DNA of 64,000 nucleotides from Bacteroidota bacterium (GTDB lineage: Bacteria > Bacteroidota > Bacteroidia > Bacteroidales > FEN-979). The stretch's first letter is position 1; each line of letters begins with the position of its first letter. Where the stretch lies: NCBI GenBank assembly GCA_026391775.1, contig JAPLDK010000033.1:3404-67403 (forward strand), given 5' to 3'. Below, one piece after another: positions 61,642 to 64,000 of the stretch. A program made the position numbers and the translations under genes. The notes beneath the pieces were generated by a model that did not search any database, was not told where the DNA came from, and saw only the letters and a program-made list of their open reading frames with translations.

Positions 61642-62180
61642 ATGAACTTTATTCCAGATGCAAATGATAGTAGTATGGTCAGTAATACTTTTCAGGACGC
61701 AGGCGCCCTATAAGATTATATGGGCCATGCACCCCTTGATTATGATGCCCGGGACAATATTTCTATCGTTAACCTTGGATACTGGAATGGGCTAAACTCT
61801 TTTTCCAAAGGCCATTTGTCCCTTTCTAATCAAGCGCTTTGCCAATTAGTATGTCAAAACGCCGGGTCGCGATAAAAAATATGTCGGCAACGGATCTGCA
61901 ATTTGCCGATAATTCCATTGACAAAATGATCAGTACCGAAGCAGCCTTTCATTTTGATTCAAGGATTGATTTCTTCCGGGAAGTCTACCGGACCTTGAAG
62001 CCCGGTGGTATTTTATCGCTGGCAGATATGGTATATAATCAGCCCAGGAATATGTTGGAGAAAATCATTTCACATCCATTCAATCTTGTAATTAACCGTA
62101 AAATCAGCTGGGTATTTTCAACTATTGGTTTCCTTGTTTATCCCTGGGAATATATGTACCTGGTAGCAAAAAAACCATAA
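61642..62180 (+). pseudogene. Degraded SAM-dependent methyltransferase
   Basis: In-frame TAA at 61711; NLGYW motif; frame break near 61870 where the SAM motif I should be; retains EAAFHF, LKPGG. Confidence 0.65.
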
Positions 62181-62192
62181 AAGCAGATAGTG

Positions 62193-64000
62193 CTAGAGAA
62201 ACTTCTGAATTATCTCCAGGAGTTTCTCCAGCCTGATCGGTTTAGGGATATAATCATCGAAACCTGAATCTAGCGCATTTTTTTCGTCCCCACTCATGGC
62301 AAACGCTGTGACTGCGATTATTGGCAGATCGTTCCTGAAGGATTTGATTTCATTCATTGCTTCCATTCCGCTCAGTTCAGGCATTTTCATGTCCATCAAC
62401 ACTAAAGATATTTCAGGATGTTTTCTGCTACATTCTATTGCTTCTTTTCCATTTGCTGCCCGGATGATTCTGATACCGGCTTTTTTCAATAATATTTCAA
62501 GCAATAAATAATTGGATTCATCATCCTCAGCAACCAGAATGACAGGATTTTGAACATTAGGGATATCCTTTTTTTTCTTTTTCGACTCAGTCACCATTAA
62601 TTCCACCTTCTTATATGGAAAAGTAAAGCGAAATTCGGAACCGGCACCTTTTTCTGATTGCAACCTGATTTCACCTCCAAGTAACTCTACCAGTCCGCGG
62701 GCAATAGACAAACCAAGTCCGCTGCCGTCATAAGTTCTTGTAAACGATGTTTCCTCCTGTATAAAGTGATCAAATATGCGGGGTTGGATCTCTTTACTGA
62801 TGCCTATGCCCGTGTCTTTGATAAAAAATTCCAATCCGGAGGTTTTTTTGGCATAACCAAAGGAGATTTGACCCTTTCGGGTAAATTTCACAGCATTATC
62901 AAGCAAATGTGATATTATTTTTGAAAGTATTTCAGCATCGGAATTTAAAATTAGTGGTGGTTTTTGTTCAGGTGTTTTCAAAAACAATTCAAGGCCCTTG
63001 ACAAGGCAAATGGGCTTGAACTGATCCAATAATGCATGCAAAAGATGTTGCAGATCAAAAGGTTTATATTGTATAGCCATAGTCCCTGATACGATCATGG
63101 AGATATCCATATAACTTGTCATGGTCTTTAGCAACCGCGCACTGCTCATTTTGATCAGCGTAGAATACTGGTTTTTTTCCTGATCCGACAGATCAGATTG
63201 GGAAATCAGTTCGCTGAAACCCAAAATTCCATTTAGCGGAGTTCGAACTTCATACGAAATATTGTTAATAAATGCTGTTTTCAGGCGGTCGCTTGCTTCC
63301 ACCCGGATTTTAGCTGACATCAATTCTTCAGCAGCATTTTTTCGTTCCGTGATATCAGAGACTATTCCTACGGCATGCCATAGTTCTTTTATTTTAACAG
63401 CCGACAGCTTGAGGGAAACATAAATCCTGGCTCCGTTTTTCCGGATTGCTTCCAGTTCCAGGATTCTGCCGACTGCTTCCCCTTCTCCGGATTGGCGGAA
63501 AGTGTCGAAATTTGTATAAAAAGCCTCATGATACTCCGATGGAGCTATTAGTTCATGCAAATTTTTTCCCTGAGCTTCCTTCTCAGTAAAACCAAAGATT
63601 TTTTCAGCAGCCGGATTCCAGAACGAGATAAGACCATCATTGTCGATCATGATAATGGCATCACCCACAGCCATGGTTATAGTTTGTAATCTGGATTCAC
63701 TCTCCTGTAAAGCCAATATGGCTTTTCGTTGTTCCGACAAGGCAATTTTCTTTTGTAATGCTTCCTTGACTGCAAAGGGCAAGCGGATCAGATTTTCCTT
63801 GATTACATAATTGGTGGCACCCGAACGCATACACTCCACAGCTACTTCTTCACTGATGGAACCTGTTAATATGATAACGGGGATAGCCGGATTAAACGTG
63901 ATCGTTAATAACAATGCCTCCATCCCGGTAAAGTCAGGCATCATGAAATCGGAAATGACTAAATCGGGTTTAAACTCTTGCAGCGCTTCTTTAAACGCCT
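62193..64000 (-). CDS. REC-PAS-HisKA-HATPase-REC hybrid kinase, 5' end outside window
   Basis: Frame open to the edge (PDLVISDF), WNPAAEKIFG PAS, SYEVRTPLN, DNAVKFT, GSGLGL, LMDMKMP. Confidence 0.9.
   Translation of the reverse strand, partial: AFKEALQEFKPDLVISDFMMPDFTGMEALLLTITFNPAIPVIILTGSISEEVAVECMRSGATNYVIKENLIRLPFAVKEALQKKIALSEQRKAILALQESESRLQTITMAVGDAIIMIDNDGLISFWNPAAEKIFGFTEKEAQGKNLHELIAPSEYHEAFYTNFDTFRQSGEGEAVGRILELEAIRKNGARIYVSLKLSAVKIKELWHAVGIVSDITERKNAAEELMSAKIRVEASDRLKTAFINNISYEVRTPLNGILGFSELISQSDLSDQEKNQYSTLIKMSSARLLKTMTSYMDISMIVSGTMAIQYKPFDLQHLLHALLDQFKPICLVKGLELFLKTPEQKPPLILNSDAEILSKIISHLLDNAVKFTRKGQISFGYAKKTSGLEFFIKDTGIGISKEIQPRIFDHFIQEETSFTRTYDGSGLGLSIARGLVELLGGEIRLQSEKGAGSEFRFTFPYKKVELMVTESKKKKKDIPNVQNPVILVAEDDESNYLLLEILLKKAGIRIIRAANGKEAIECSRKHPEISLVLMDMKMPELSGMEAMNEIKSFRNDLPIIAVTAFAMSGDEKNALDSGFDDYIPKPIRLEKLLEIIQKFL

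Overview
Chromosomal window from a Bacteroidota (probably Bacteroidales-like) genome, judged from T9SS type A and type B sorting domains, a PorP/SprF plus OmpA triad, FISUMP proteins and TAnnTTTG promoters. No rRNA, tRNA, CRISPR array, integrase or transposase was seen. Ordinary content: an SDR, ornithine cyclodeaminase/alanine dehydrogenase, a tricorn-like S41 protease, the oxidative pentose phosphate cluster gnd-zwf-pgl/pgi, an extended ars operon, MarR-EmrAB-TolC efflux genes, several histidine kinases, a diheme cytochrome c and DedA. The strongest candidate for an undescribed system is at 14.3-19.9 kb. There a sigma54 promoter with four enhancer-like sites drives a membrane protein made of a degenerate PstS-like periplasmic domain, a TM helix and a GcvH-like cytoplasmic domain without the canonical lipoylation motif. 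It is followed by a CxxCH-containing sensor kinase, a sigma54 activator and an archaemetzincin. Other notable items: (1) a mosaic region at 44.5-51.5 kb with three copies of a 21-bp-periodic LytTR-type box, a shuffled uncharacterised domain and collapsed gene remnants; (2) an in-frame Pgl-Pgi fusion; (3) a possible stand-alone propeptide gene coupled to a papain-like T9SS protease; (4) an SPFH protein with tandem repeats; (5) a hybrid kinase whose phospho-His is Tyr. All family assignments come from motif recognition by eye; no searches were run.
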